Assembly (NCBI GenBank): GCA_963662465.1
Contig: OY759599.1
Location: forward strand, 4,000,001-4,064,000
Reading direction: 5' to 3'
Source: Desulfatiglandales bacterium
Lineage (GTDB): Bacteria > Desulfobacterota > DSM-4660 > Desulfatiglandales > Desulfatiglandaceae
DNA length: 64,000 nucleotides
The position numbers and the translations under genes were made by a program. Positions 28,662 to 39,700 of the stretch are shown here, piece by piece. Every line of letters begins with the position of its first letter. The stretch's first letter is position 1. The notes under the pieces are model-generated. The model had not been told where the DNA came from. It did not search any database and saw only the letters and a program-made list of their open reading frames with translations.

Positions 28662-29852
28662 ATGGATCTTTTTAAAAATCTCACCGTGTTATCCCTGGAA
28701 CAGGCTACCGTATTACCCTATTTGACCTATAGACTCGCCCATGAAGGGGTGCAGGTGATTCGATTGGAACACCCGGTTTATGGGGACCCCAACCGGCTCA
28801 TCGGCGAAAACGTTCTGAACGAAGAGCGCATGAACAGCTATTTTTTGTGCATCAATGCCGGAAAAAAGGCCCTCACCCTGAACCTGGCCGAACCGGAGGG
28901 CCGGGAAATTTTCCACAAACTCATCCGTGAACTGAAAATCGATGCCTTTACCACCAACCAGCTTCCCAAAAACTACAAAAAACTGGGCATCGACTACGAG
29001 ACTCTGAAAGCGTTGAAACCGGATATCATATGGCTCGGCGTCACGGGATTCGGACCGGACAGCAACGAAGGGGCCTACGATCCCATCCTTCAGGCCAGAA
29101 GCGGATTAATGGAAATGACCGGAGAAGCAACGGGCGCCCCCCAGGTTCTGGGCATTCCCCTGCCCGATATGGGGACCAGCGAACATGCCTATGGGCAGTT
29201 GATGAAAGCGTTCTACCGCCGCGAGGCCACGGGACAAGGGTCATGCATCAACCTCTCCATGTTTGAATCGTCCCTTTCCTGGCTGACAGTTCCCATCACT
29301 TTTACAGCCAGCTTTGACAAGAAAAGCACCCGGCGGGGCAACACCCATGAGTTCTTCTGCCCGGTTTCGGTTTATAAAACCCGCGACGGCTTTGTTTATC
29401 TGGCCGTTGGAAACGACCGACAATGGCAATCCCTGGTCTCCCAGGATATTTTCAAATCCCTGGACAGGCCGGACTATCAAAAAAACGCGGGGCGTATCGC
29501 GGATGTTCATCGCGTAAATCAGCTGATCGAGGAAATCACCATCAACCACACTGCCGGTGATCTGATTCAGCTATTCAAATCCATCACCCTTCCCGCAAGC
29601 AAGATTAACACCATAGCGGAAGTGGTGGCGGATCCTCTTGTGGCGCGGCGGCTTCTCTTTGCCGAGGATGAAAAAACCGGCGCTAAAATCACGTTGGCGC
29701 CACCCCCGTACATGACCCCATGGCTTGAGCAATCCAATCGAAGGTTGTCTTTCCCTCCCCGTTTTGGTGAACATAACCGGGAGATTTATGGCGAGCGTCT
29801 TGGATATACCCCTGATGCATTGAAACGCCTGAAGGAAAATAAGGTGATATAA
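28662..29852 (+). CDS. CoA-transferase family III (CaiB/BaiF)
   Basis: GDPNR, NAGKKALTLNL, TGFG, YDPILQARSG, PPRFGEHN; AAGGAG RBS before ATG 28662. Confidence 0.9.
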   Translation: MDLFKNLTVLSLEQATVLPYLTYRLAHEGVQVIRLEHPVYGDPNRLIGENVLNEERMNSYFLCINAGKKALTLNLAEPEGREIFHKLIRELKIDAFTTNQLPKNYKKLGIDYETLKALKPDIIWLGVTGFGPDSNEGAYDPILQARSGLMEMTGEATGAPQVLGIPLPDMGTSEHAYGQLMKAFYRREATGQGSCINLSMFESSLSWLTVPITFTASFDKKSTRRGNTHEFFCPVSVYKTRDGFVYLAVGNDRQWQSLVSQDIFKSLDRPDYQKNAGRIADVHRVNQLIEEITINHTAGDLIQLFKSITLPASKINTIAEVVADPLVARRLLFAEDEKTGAKITLAPPPYMTPWLEQSNRRLSFPPRFGEHNREIYGERLGYTPDALKRLKENKVI

Positions 29853-29930
29853 AATTTACTGATAGACTGTGATATCAGGCACTTGAAACATAACACTTAA
29901 AACTTAAAACGTTTTTTGAAAGGAGCAAAC

Positions 29931-31184
29931 ATGAAAGAAGTCGTCATTGTCTCGGCATGCAGAACAGCCATCGGTGCTTTTGGCGGAACCCTGAGGGATA
30001 TGAACGCGGCCGTTATCGGAAGCATCAGCATGAAAGAAGCCATTCGCAGGGCGAGCATTGATCCCGGAATCATTGATGACGTCCGGTTTGGATGTTGCCT
30101 GGAACCGGCGGATGCCCTGAATGTAGCGCGGGTTTCGGCCCTCATGGCGGGCATCCCTGACCATGTGGCGGCGGTCACCATTAACCGTGTCTGCATATCG
30201 GGCATGGAATCGGTGCTGTCCGGAATGGCCATGATACAGGCCAACATGGCCGATATCATTCTGGCCGGCGGCACGGAACATATGTCCGGAGCCCCCTACA
30301 CGGTTCCCGGGGCCCGGTGGGGCTGCAGACTTCAGGATCAAGTTTTCGTGGATTCCATGATTCATGCCCTTCACTGCGGTTCTCACCTGCTACCACACCC
30401 GGAAGAGGGCCCCGTAAAAGAAGGCATGCCCCTTGAACTCTTCAGGGGTAAACCCTATATCATGGGCCAGACTGCGGAACTCATCGCCCAGCTGCACAAC
30501 ATCAGCCGGGAAGAGATGGACGAAGTGGCCCTCAGAAGCCACAACAACACCGAGCGTGCAACCTTGGAAGGGGACTTCAAGGATGAGATCGTGCCCATCG
30601 AAGTGCCTCAGAAAAAACGAAAACCCCCCATTATTTTTGATAAGGACGAACATTTCCGGCCCGGGATTACCCTGGAGCAACTGGCCAAACTCCCCCCCGC
30701 CTTCGTCCCCAAAATTGGAAAGGTCACTGCGGGAAATGCTTCCGGCATCAACGACGGGTCCAGCGCCATGATCATCATGAGCGCGGAAAAGGCTAAGGAG
30801 CTGGGCCTTGAACCCATGGCCAGGATCAGAGCCATCGGTCGCGGCGCCTGCCACCCCTCGGTCATGGGACTCAGTCCCGTACCGGCGGTAAAGGATCTTT
30901 TCAAACGGAATCCCGATCTCAAGCTGGCGGATTTTGAACTGATCGAAGTCAACGAAGCCTTTGCGGCCCAATACCTGGGGTGTGAAATTGAGCTGGGCCT
31001 GAACCGGGATATCACCAATGTGAACGGGTCAGGCATCGGCCTCGGGCATCCGGTGGGTTCCACGGGATGCCGCATCATGACCACCCTGCTCTATGCCATG
31101 AAAAACAGGGGTAAAAATCTGGGGCTCGCCACCCTTTGCGGCGGCGGCGGCGTATCCATGGCCTGCGCCCTGGAGATGTGTTAG
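29931..31184 (+). CDS. Thiolase (acetyl-CoA C-acyltransferase)
   Basis: NRVCISG, NEAFAAQ, GHPVG, LCGGGG catalytic motifs; AAGGAG RBS. Confidence 0.95.
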   Translation: MKEVVIVSACRTAIGAFGGTLRDMNAAVIGSISMKEAIRRASIDPGIIDDVRFGCCLEPADALNVARVSALMAGIPDHVAAVTINRVCISGMESVLSGMAMIQANMADIILAGGTEHMSGAPYTVPGARWGCRLQDQVFVDSMIHALHCGSHLLPHPEEGPVKEGMPLELFRGKPYIMGQTAELIAQLHNISREEMDEVALRSHNNTERATLEGDFKDEIVPIEVPQKKRKPPIIFDKDEHFRPGITLEQLAKLPPAFVPKIGKVTAGNASGINDGSSAMIIMSAEKAKELGLEPMARIRAIGRGACHPSVMGLSPVPAVKDLFKRNPDLKLADFELIEVNEAFAAQYLGCEIELGLNRDITNVNGSGIGLGHPVGSTGCRIMTTLLYAMKNRGKNLGLATLCGGGGVSMACALEMC

Positions 31185-31211
31185 CCTTAAACGATTGTTC
31201 CCACGCCCCGC

Positions 31212-31979
31212 GTGGGAACAAAAATCAAGCCATACTGGAGACGTTTGGTGGAAAAAGCATCCATCTTTCTCACCACCAGGGAGGCCATCCAAGCCATTAT
31301 AGCGGATTTCCGCCAGTATGACCCCCAAATCATGCTCTTTTCCGGCATTATCAGTCTGATCACGGACAACAAAACCTATCTTAAACAACAGCGGGGAAAG
31401 AACGGCGCATGGATCAACCTGCCCGGAAAGACCCACATGAAATGGTTGGCGGGTCCGGAACTGGTGGACCATATGTGCGACACCATCGCGCAAACCCGGT
31501 GGCATCCGGATCTGCTGGCCGACGTCTGTGCCCGGGTTTTTCAGTCCCGGGCAACACCTGAGATAGATGCCGATACAGGGAAAGCGGGCGTTCGCATTGA
31601 AACCCATATGGAGGATTTCGCCTGCAAAAGATGCGGGTGCTGCTGCCGGTTCCTGGATTACCACAACGAGGTGACCGCCGGGGATGTGGCAAACTGGAAA
31701 GCGTCAGGCCGAAACGACATTTTAAAATGGGTGAATGAAATCAGACGGGACGGACGGATTCAGGGGTATCGTGCATGGGTCATTCCGGGCACGAGAACAT
31801 TGGCGGAAATCTGTCCCTTTTTAGAGAAAGAACCCGGCGCCCCTCGATGGAAATGCCGCATACACGATGCCAGACCCGACATCTGCCGCCAATACCCCCT
31901 GAACCGCAAGCATGCCGCCATGACCGGATGCAGGGGTTTTGAAAAAGGGTCGACCGACAAGCCGGCTTCGAAGAAATAA
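31212..31979 (+). CDS. YkgJ-family (CxxCxxCC) zinc/iron-chelating domain protein
   Basis: CKRCGCCC...CPFL...CRIHDARPDICRQYP. Confidence 0.75.
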   Translation: MGTKIKPYWRRLVEKASIFLTTREAIQAIIADFRQYDPQIMLFSGIISLITDNKTYLKQQRGKNGAWINLPGKTHMKWLAGPELVDHMCDTIAQTRWHPDLLADVCARVFQSRATPEIDADTGKAGVRIETHMEDFACKRCGCCCRFLDYHNEVTAGDVANWKASGRNDILKWVNEIRRDGRIQGYRAWVIPGTRTLAEICPFLEKEPGAPRWKCRIHDARPDICRQYPLNRKHAAMTGCRGFEKGSTDKPASKK

Positions 31980-31996
31980 TGCCCGTTATCAAGCCC

Positions 31997-32043
31997 TTGA
32001 CAATTTAATCAACCGCCATTAGACTGGTCTGAAACTAGTCTAA
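31997..32043 (+). promoter_or_regulatory. TA promoter with overlapping operator palindrome
   Basis: TTGACA 31997-32002, 17-nt spacer, TAGACT 32020-32025; TTAGACT...AGTCTAA inverted repeat 32019-32043. Confidence 0.7.
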
Positions 32044-32054
32044 GGAGATGCCTT

Positions 32055-32294
32055 ATGGAAACGGTAGGCGCATATGAAGCCAAAACCCATTTGCCCAAGA
32101 TACTGGATCGTGTGGTCAAAGGTGAGCGTATCACCATTACGAAGCACGGTGTACCGGTCGCTATATTACAACCCCCTCATCTTGAAAAAAAGGTGGATAC
32201 CAAATCAGTTATCCTTGCTTTACAAAAATTCCGTGATAAACACACGCTGGGTGGAATCTCAATTCAAGACATGATTGAAGAGGGAAGACGCTAA
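32055..32294 (+). CDS. Phd/YefM (prevent-host-death) antitoxin
   Basis: METVGAYEAKTHLPKILDRVVKGERITITKHGVPVAIL. Confidence 0.92.
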   Translation: METVGAYEAKTHLPKILDRVVKGERITITKHGVPVAILQPPHLEKKVDTKSVILALQKFRDKHTLGGISIQDMIEEGRR

Positions 32295-32708
32295 ATGGGC
32301 GAACATTTTGTTGTCGATAATTCTGTCGTGATGTCATGGTGTTTTAAAGATGAAAACAACCATTACGCAGACATTGTCCTGAACAAGCTCATGGAAGCAT
32401 CCGCCATCGTGCCGACCATCTGGCCCCTCGAAGTTGTCAATGTTCTGTTGGTTGCCGAGCGAAAAAAGAGGCTAACCCAATCCGACAGCATCCGATTTAT
32501 AACGCTGTTAAATCAACTTCCCATCTTTGTGGAACATGAACAAGCATCAAGGATGATGAAGGAACTCCTGGCACTGGCAAGGACCGGCAATCTATCGAGT
32601 TATGATGCCTCATACCTGGATCTTGCCATGAAGAACGGCTGTCCAATCGCCACGCTGGACAAAAAACTCATCGAAGCCGCCAAAAAGATTGACGTCCCAA
32701 TTTTGTAA
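32295..32708 (+). CDS. vapC: VapC PIN-domain toxin
   Basis: FVVDNSVVMSW...WPLEVVNVL...SYDASYLDLA...ATLDKKL. Confidence 0.92.
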   Translation: MGEHFVVDNSVVMSWCFKDENNHYADIVLNKLMEASAIVPTIWPLEVVNVLLVAERKKRLTQSDSIRFITLLNQLPIFVEHEQASRMMKELLALARTGNLSSYDASYLDLAMKNGCPIATLDKKLIEAAKKIDVPIL

Positions 32709-32763
32709 CCGTTCACGGTTTACGGTTACCCAATTTTTTCAGCCTGATACTTCTAATAAAATA

Positions 32764-33894
32764 TTATACTCTTCCGGAAGCCCACGGCAGGTTCCGGTTC
32801 ACTTTGCAGATCACAGGCCCCTTCCTGAGGGACGCAAAGCAAGCCATGCACTCCCGGCAGGGAATGATATCGCTTTCCTTCCCCGCCAGAATTTTGCCGG
32901 CGGATTCAGGATCGGCAATCATCTGCCGACCCACGGCCACGAGATCCATAAACGACCCCTCAACACATTTGGCGGCCATGGCATTTCCAAGCTTGCCCAC
33001 GCCGATCACCGGAAGGCCCGTTGCTTCCCTGACCTGGGCCACAAAGGGAATGTTTGCGCCGGGAGGCTGTTCTTTTGAAAAAGCGGAAGCGGGAACCAGA
33101 AATTTCCTGCCGTCCTCTTCCTGCAAGGAACCCTGCGTCACCAGCGACACATCCAGCGCATCCACACCCGCTTGCGCAAGACTCCGGCTGACCTCAAGGC
33201 CATCTTTCAGGGTCTGCCCCCCTTCCACATGCTCCACCACATTGAAACGAAACAGAATGGGATAGTTCTCGCCGAGCTTTTCCCGAACAGCTTTGGACAC
33301 TTCAATGGCCAGGGTTGCACGTCCCCCCGCATCTCCGCCATAGCGATCATCCCGTTGATTGCTAAGGGGGGACAGAAACTGGCTGATCAAATAGAAATGG
33401 GCGCCGTGAATCTCCACCCCATCAAAGCCCGCTTCAGCCGCTCGATCCGCCGCAACCGCAAAATCGGAGACCATGGCGTCAATCTGGTTGTGGTTCATGG
33501 AAAAGGGTGTTACATCGCCCCTCAAGGCGAACCCGGACGGTGATGCCCCCTGCATTTTTCCGCCGCCGGGAAACCCCCTGGCGCCTGCGTGGTTGAGCTG
33601 AACCACCGCGGCAGCACCTGATTTTTGAATGGCACGGGCAAGGCGCGCCATTCCGGAGATCTGATCTCCCTCCCATAGCCCCAGACTGCCAGGGACGATG
33701 CGACCGTCACGCCGCACCGAGGCAGCTTCCACAATGACAAGGCCCACCTCTCTTGCCCGCTCCTCATAAAATTGAATAACATTATCCGTAACGCGACCCT
33801 CAGGACTGCCGCAGTTCGTGGTCAGGGGCGGCAGAACCATGCGGTTGCGCAACCGCATTCCATTGATTGTCACCTTATCGTGCAGTGTAGGCAT
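32764..33894 (-). CDS. NADH:flavin oxidoreductase (OYE family) with C-terminal Cys cluster
   Basis: GFDGVEIHGAHFYLISQFLSPLSNQRDDRYGG; CRECMAC...CKVN. Confidence 0.88.
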   Translation of the reverse strand: MPTLHDKVTINGMRLRNRMVLPPLTTNCGSPEGRVTDNVIQFYEERAREVGLVIVEAASVRRDGRIVPGSLGLWEGDQISGMARLARAIQKSGAAAVVQLNHAGARGFPGGGKMQGASPSGFALRGDVTPFSMNHNQIDAMVSDFAVAADRAAEAGFDGVEIHGAHFYLISQFLSPLSNQRDDRYGGDAGGRATLAIEVSKAVREKLGENYPILFRFNVVEHVEGGQTLKDGLEVSRSLAQAGVDALDVSLVTQGSLQEEDGRKFLVPASAFSKEQPPGANIPFVAQVREATGLPVIGVGKLGNAMAAKCVEGSFMDLVAVGRQMIADPESAGKILAGKESDIIPCRECMACFASLRKGPVICKVNRNLPWASGRV

Positions 33895-33908
33895 TACAAT
33901 TACCTCCT

Positions 33909-36350
33909 TTACTCACAAGACGCCTCATCATCCATCGCTTCTCTCACCTTACGGCACAGAGATTCAATCGTAAAGGGCTTCTGAATGAAAGATATATCCG
34001 ATTCCAGTATATGGTTTTGGGGCAAGGCCTTGTTCGGGTATCCTGACATGTAAATCACCTTCATTTTCGGTCGCAGGGACAGAGCCCGCTCCGAAAGCGC
34101 CTCCCCCCCCATTCCCGGCATCACCATATCCGTGAGCAGCAGATGGATATCCCCCTCGAACCTTCCTATCCACCGAAGGGCCTCTTCACCGTCAGCCGCT
34201 TCCAGGACTTCGTATCCCGCGCTCCGGAGGCCCCTCCCGGCCAATTTCCGAAGCGATGCATTGTCTTCCACCACCAGCACCACTTCACCGCCGCCTGATT
34301 CCTCATGGGAGGATTGCCTTTCCGGCGCCTCGGGGACAGTCTCCACCCCGGGAAGATAAACCTTCATGGTCGTTCCCATACCGGGTTCGCTGTACGGCAG
34401 GACATAGCCCTTGCTCTGTTTGACGATTCCATATACCGTGGAGAGTCCCAGCCCCGTACCGGTTCCCCGCTCCTTGGTGGTAAAGAAGGGTTCAAAGATC
34501 CGGGCCTTGGTCTCCTCGTCCATGCCGCATCCCGTGTCCGTCACCGCCAGCATCACGTACTGCCCCGTGTCCCCTTCCACACCATGGGCCTGAAGATACA
34601 CCCTGTCCAATTCCACATTGGCCGTTTCAATGGTCAACACTCCCCCCTGGCGCATGACATCCCTCGCGTTTACCGCCAGGTTCATGATCACCTGTTCCAT
34701 TTGTCCCAAATCCGCTTTAACCTTCCACAGCCCGGGCGTCGGGACAATCCGCAGCTTGATATTCTCTCTGAACAGACGCAGGAGAAGCTTCTCCATATCG
34801 CGAACAACGGTATTTAAATCCAGAATCTCGAGATGGCAGGTCTCCTTCCGGCTGAAGGTCAGAAGCCGACGGGTCAGCACGGCGCCCCGTTCCCCTACCT
34901 TCTTGATCTGTTCGATATCACCGCGCAGATGATCATCCTTTGGCAGATCGGCCAACGCGAGTTCGGCGTTGCCGATAATTACCGTCAGCAGATTGTTAAA
35001 ATCGTGGGCCACACCACCGGCCAAAACACCGATGGACTCCATCTTCTGGCTCTGATAGAACTGGGCCTGCAATTTCTCACGCTCTTCTTCGGCCCGCCTG
35101 CTCTGGGTGATATCTTCGACGATACCCTTGTAATGCGTAATGTGCCCCTCATGATCCCTGACCATGTAGGTCCAATCCCGGACAATCTTCTCCGAACCAT
35201 CCTTTGCCATAATACGATAGGGTTCGTGGAAGAACTCGTTCGTTTCTCTTTTGTTGCTGAATACGATTAACTCTTGGGTCACCCGATCGAGGTCCTCAGG
35301 ATGAACACAACGCGCATAATTCATGTCTCCGCTCATGAATTCCTCGACCGTATATCCTAAGAGCCGCTCAACATTTTCAGAAACAAAGACCACCGGCCAC
35401 CCTTCCTGATTCTTCCAGGTGAAAGCCACGGAAGGACTTCGGTTGATGATGTCGTACGCTTCCTTCAGTGCCTTCTCAGCTTCCCTGCGCTCGGTGCTGT
35501 CCTGGATTGTCCCCATCAAGCAGGTTGCCATGCCATCGTCGTCATAGAAACTCTGGAACTTTTCATTGATATATCTGACGGTCCCATCCTTTTGCAACAA
35601 ACGATATTCGATATCGTATGGCGTTTTTTTTGATAACGATTCCGTGTGGGCCTTGCTCACATACGCCATGTCATCCGGATGAACAGCCACCATTAAAGCC
35701 TTGTATGAGGGATCGATCTCCCGGGGTTTCAGCCCTAAAATGCGGTAGATCTCATCAGACCATTTCAAAGTATTGCTTTTCAGATCGAGTTCCCAGTGCC
35801 CCACATGGGCCAGTTCCTGGGCCTCCTTAAGCCTTTGTTCCGATTTTACCAGGGCTTTTCGTTCGTTCTGGAGTCTTTCCACCATTTCCGCAAGCTTACG
35901 GGTAACACTGGCGTCATACATGTCGAGCAGGATATCTTCACCCTCCAGGGGTCCTTCAGGAATCGGCAAAATTCCGTTTCGGTGTTCATTCAGCACCTCA
36001 TCGAGGATTTGGATGAAGGTTTCTCCTTCGGCGGGTTTGATAACAAAACGGGACGCACCCAGACTCATGGCCAGGTTCTCATCCGTCTTCTCAACGAAGG
36101 TCGCCGTATAAAAGATGAATGGGATATTGCGAAGATCGGCGTCGTTCTTTACTTCGCGACACAGCCTGAATCCGTTCATGACGGGCATCATGATATCTGA
36201 AATGATCACTTCAGGCGGGTCCCGACGGGCAAAGCGCAATGCGTCCTGGCCGTTTTCCGCGGCGGTAATGCGGTGGCCCCTGGATGCCAACAGTCGTTCC
36301 AGCATATAACGGCTTTCGGCATTGTCTTCAACGATCAGAATGTTGCTCAT
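33909..36350 (-). CDS. Cytoplasmic hybrid histidine kinase REC-PAS-PAS-HisKA-HATPase-REC
   Basis: N-terminal REC, two PAS-PAC units, AHDFNNLL H-box, GTGLGL, C-terminal REC. Confidence 0.92.
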   Translation of the reverse strand: MSNILIVEDNAESRYMLERLLASRGHRITAAENGQDALRFARRDPPEVIISDIMMPVMNGFRLCREVKNDADLRNIPFIFYTATFVEKTDENLAMSLGASRFVIKPAEGETFIQILDEVLNEHRNGILPIPEGPLEGEDILLDMYDASVTRKLAEMVERLQNERKALVKSEQRLKEAQELAHVGHWELDLKSNTLKWSDEIYRILGLKPREIDPSYKALMVAVHPDDMAYVSKAHTESLSKKTPYDIEYRLLQKDGTVRYINEKFQSFYDDDGMATCLMGTIQDSTERREAEKALKEAYDIINRSPSVAFTWKNQEGWPVVFVSENVERLLGYTVEEFMSGDMNYARCVHPEDLDRVTQELIVFSNKRETNEFFHEPYRIMAKDGSEKIVRDWTYMVRDHEGHITHYKGIVEDITQSRRAEEEREKLQAQFYQSQKMESIGVLAGGVAHDFNNLLTVIIGNAELALADLPKDDHLRGDIEQIKKVGERGAVLTRRLLTFSRKETCHLEILDLNTVVRDMEKLLLRLFRENIKLRIVPTPGLWKVKADLGQMEQVIMNLAVNARDVMRQGGVLTIETANVELDRVYLQAHGVEGDTGQYVMLAVTDTGCGMDEETKARIFEPFFTTKERGTGTGLGLSTVYGIVKQSKGYVLPYSEPGMGTTMKVYLPGVETVPEAPERQSSHEESGGGEVVLVVEDNASLRKLAGRGLRSAGYEVLEAADGEEALRWIGRFEGDIHLLLTDMVMPGMGGEALSERALSLRPKMKVIYMSGYPNKALPQNHILESDISFIQKPFTIESLCRKVREAMDDEASCE

Positions 36351-36739
36351 GCAATCTCTCCTTTCAGCCGTTTGGTCAAAACGCTCCGCACCTGCTCAAC
36401 AAAGAGGTCGGGATCGATCGGTTTCTCAATATACCCTTCACAACCGGCGGCCAAAACCGCTTCCCGGTCCCCTGCCATGGCATAAGAGGTAACCGCTGCA
36501 ATGGGAATCGATTTTGTTTCCATGCCCTGCTTCAGCCGCCTGGCCACTTCATACCCATCCATTACCGGCAACTGGATATCCAGAAGGATCAGGTCCGGTT
36601 GTTCGGAAACAGCCAATTCCAACCCCTGCTGCCCGTTCCGGGCCTGTATCACGTCAAACCCCTGTTGCTCCAGCATAAAGGTTTCCAGATAGATATTCTG
36701 TTCATTATCTTCAACGATGAGAATTTTCTGTTTCATCAT
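36347..36739 (-). CDS. Single-domain response regulator
   Basis: ILIVEDN, LLDIQLPVMDG, YIEKP. Confidence 0.93.
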   Translation of the reverse strand: MMKQKILIVEDNEQNIYLETFMLEQQGFDVIQARNGQQGLELAVSEQPDLILLDIQLPVMDGYEVARRLKQGMETKSIPIAAVTSYAMAGDREAVLAAGCEGYIEKPIDPDLFVEQVRSVLTKRLKGEIA

Positions 36740-39700
36740 TTTGTTCCTCCAGGTTCAATGGCAACGTGACGGTAACGGTGGCGCCTTTCCCCAATTGGCT
36801 CTTCACATCAATAGTCCCCCCCAATATATCCAGGATTCGCTTGCAGACGGACAGGCCCAGGCCGGTCCCTTCGTACCTGCGGGACGTCCCGGTATCGAGT
36901 TGTTGGAAGGGTTTGAAGAGCTTGTCCAGATCCTCATCCCTGATGCCGATGCCGCTGTCCGTCACCGCCACCTGGATGCGAGAATCCTGCCTGCGGCAAA
37001 CGATTTTCACAACGCCCTTCTCGGTAAACTTGATCGCATTATTGACCAGGTTAATGAAAACCTGCCGAATCCGGCGTTCATCACTGACCACCATCTCCAC
37101 TTCCGGGGCAATTTCCACCGATAAGGTCAGGCCTTTCTGTTCCGCCATGGGCAGCAGCGATGCCGCGACCTGATTGACCACATTGCGGATACTGAATGGC
37201 TCACAAGACACCTTCAGTTCACCTGCCTCGATCTTTGAAATATCCAGCACATCATTGATCAGATTCAGTAAATGGTGAGAACTCCCCTTCACCATTTTCA
37301 ACTGTTTTTTCTGCTCCAAATTCAATGGACCCACAAGCTCATTTAAAATGATGCCGGTAAAACCGATAATCGAATTGAGAGGGGTCCGCAGTTCATGCGA
37401 CATGCCGGCCAGAAAGGCGCTTTTAACCCGATTGGCCGATTCCGCGGCCTCCTTTGCCTCCACCAGTTCGCCTTCCACCATTCGGCGAAGGTTGATCTCC
37501 CGGGCCAAGCGACGGTTCCAATAGAGAAACACCGAGAAAATCAGAAATACGCCGAGGAGAACCTTCCATAACAACTGGTAGTTGAAGCCACGCTCATAGG
37601 TAACCGAAATCCAGCGCTGAAAAATCGCGTTGCGATCTTCCTCGCTGATGCTATCCAGGGCTTTCTGGATGATGCCCGCCAGTATGGGCTGATCTTTGCG
37701 GACCGTGACGGAAAGTTCATAGCTGTAAGGTGTTTCGCCGGAAACCTTGACGCCGGACATGCCTTCCCGGGCAATGACATGGCTGATGGCCGCAAAACTG
37801 CCGATAAAGGCATACGCCTTTCGACGGATAACCGCGTTAAGTCCCGCCGCAACATTTTCCACAGGCATCAAATCGAGTTCCGGATGCTTTTGTTTCAGAA
37901 TATCATGACTGGCGTATCCATTAACCACGGCAATGTTCTTCCCCCTCAAGTCATTCATATGGCCGATATAGGGGACATTCCGGTCGGTCACAATCACCAT
38001 GGGAAAACGGAGGTACGGTTCGCTGAAGAGCAGAAATGCCGCACGCTGGGGGGTACGGGTCGCGGAGAAAAGGATATCCAGAGACCCGGCCCTGATATCC
38101 CTCATGGTTTTTTGCCAGCGCTGGGGTTTCGTGGGTTTAATGGCAATGCCCATGATGGTGTTGAGTTCATGGATAAAATCGGCCGACATGCCCACAAACT
38201 GCCCCTCTTTGTCCACATATTCGACAGGCGGCCAGTCGGTGTCATACCCCAGGCGCAGGACCGGATGATCCCTCAGCCAGGCCCGTTCTCCAGGGGTGAG
38301 ATCCAGGGATGTTTTCACATCTTCCATGGCTTCAAGCCACTTGCGGTGAATCCCCCGCACTTCCTCACGGGTAACGGCGCCCAGGGCGCGGTCCAGCAGT
38401 CCCCCCAGCACAGGCCAATCCTTGCGGACGCCGATGGTCAGCACCACCGGGGGCTTCGCCATCCGCCCCATCACCCGCAGGTTGGCCATCAGCTCTTTCT
38501 CGATCAAATAGGTAACTACCGCGCGATTGCCGGCATAGGCATCGGCTTCACCCCTGGATACCGCATCCAGTGCTTCGCTGGTGGTATCATATTCTTGAGT
38601 CGTTATCTCAGGGTAATTCTTTTTGAAATACCGAACATTGTAATATCCACGTTCCAGGGCCACAATCTTTCCTTTCAGGTCCTTTTCGGACTTGAAATGG
38701 GGCCCGTCCCCGCGGCCCACAATCACATGGGGAATGGTGAGATAGGGGATGGTGAAATGGAAAAAAGGGTCACGCTCTTTTGTCGGGGTGATGTCCATCA
38801 GAGCATCCAGTTCCCGATTCTTGACCCGGTCGAAATTTCCCTTAAAAGATCCCGGTTCAAGGGTCAGGATGCCCCTTAATCGGCGGTTGAGAACTTCGAT
38901 AAAATCGACGCCGATCCCTTGGGGCAGCCCGGTTTCATTTACGAAATTCATGGGGGGCCAGGCATTCATCATGCCGATGCGAACCTTTGGATGCTCACGG
39001 AGCCAATTTTGTTCAGTCTCCGTCAGTTCAAAAGGTACGGCGGTCTTTGGGGCAGCCTCCACGCGGGCGATCTCCGGAAGACTCCACCGTTGAAAGATTC
39101 GCAACCGTTCCTGTTCAGAAATGGAAGAGAGAGCCTTATCCAGGATGGCGGCCAGTTCCGGCCAATCCTTGCGGATCCCGAATCGCTCATCAGACTGCCC
39201 CTGGGCGTAAAGCGCCGCAAATTTCAGGTTGATGAAACCTTCCTTGGCCATCAAATAGTGGGCCATGCCCATACCGGCTACCGTCGCCTCCGCCTTGCCG
39301 GTGGAGACGGCCTCCAGGGCCGCCGTCAGGGTATCCACCTCGTATGGCCTGACCGTGGGGAAGTCCTCAAGAATCTGACCGGTTGTCGCGTATCCCTTCA
39401 CAAGGGCAACGGTTTTACCGGCAAGCTCTTCCCGACTTCTGATGGCATCACCGTCTTTTCGGGTGATGATGTATTGTGCGATGAATAGATAAGGTCGACT
39501 GAATTCGAACCACTCCCGTCGTTCAGGGCGCAGCACCAGGGTTGCAATAACATCGACCTCCCCTTTACGGGCCGCCGCATACAGGCGCTTCCATGTGCCT
39601 TCGGGGTAAATGTTGAGCTTAATCCCCATACGGTTTGCTGCTTCACGGGCAATATCGACGGCGATACCCATAAACTCGCCTTTTTCGTTCCGAAAGCTGT

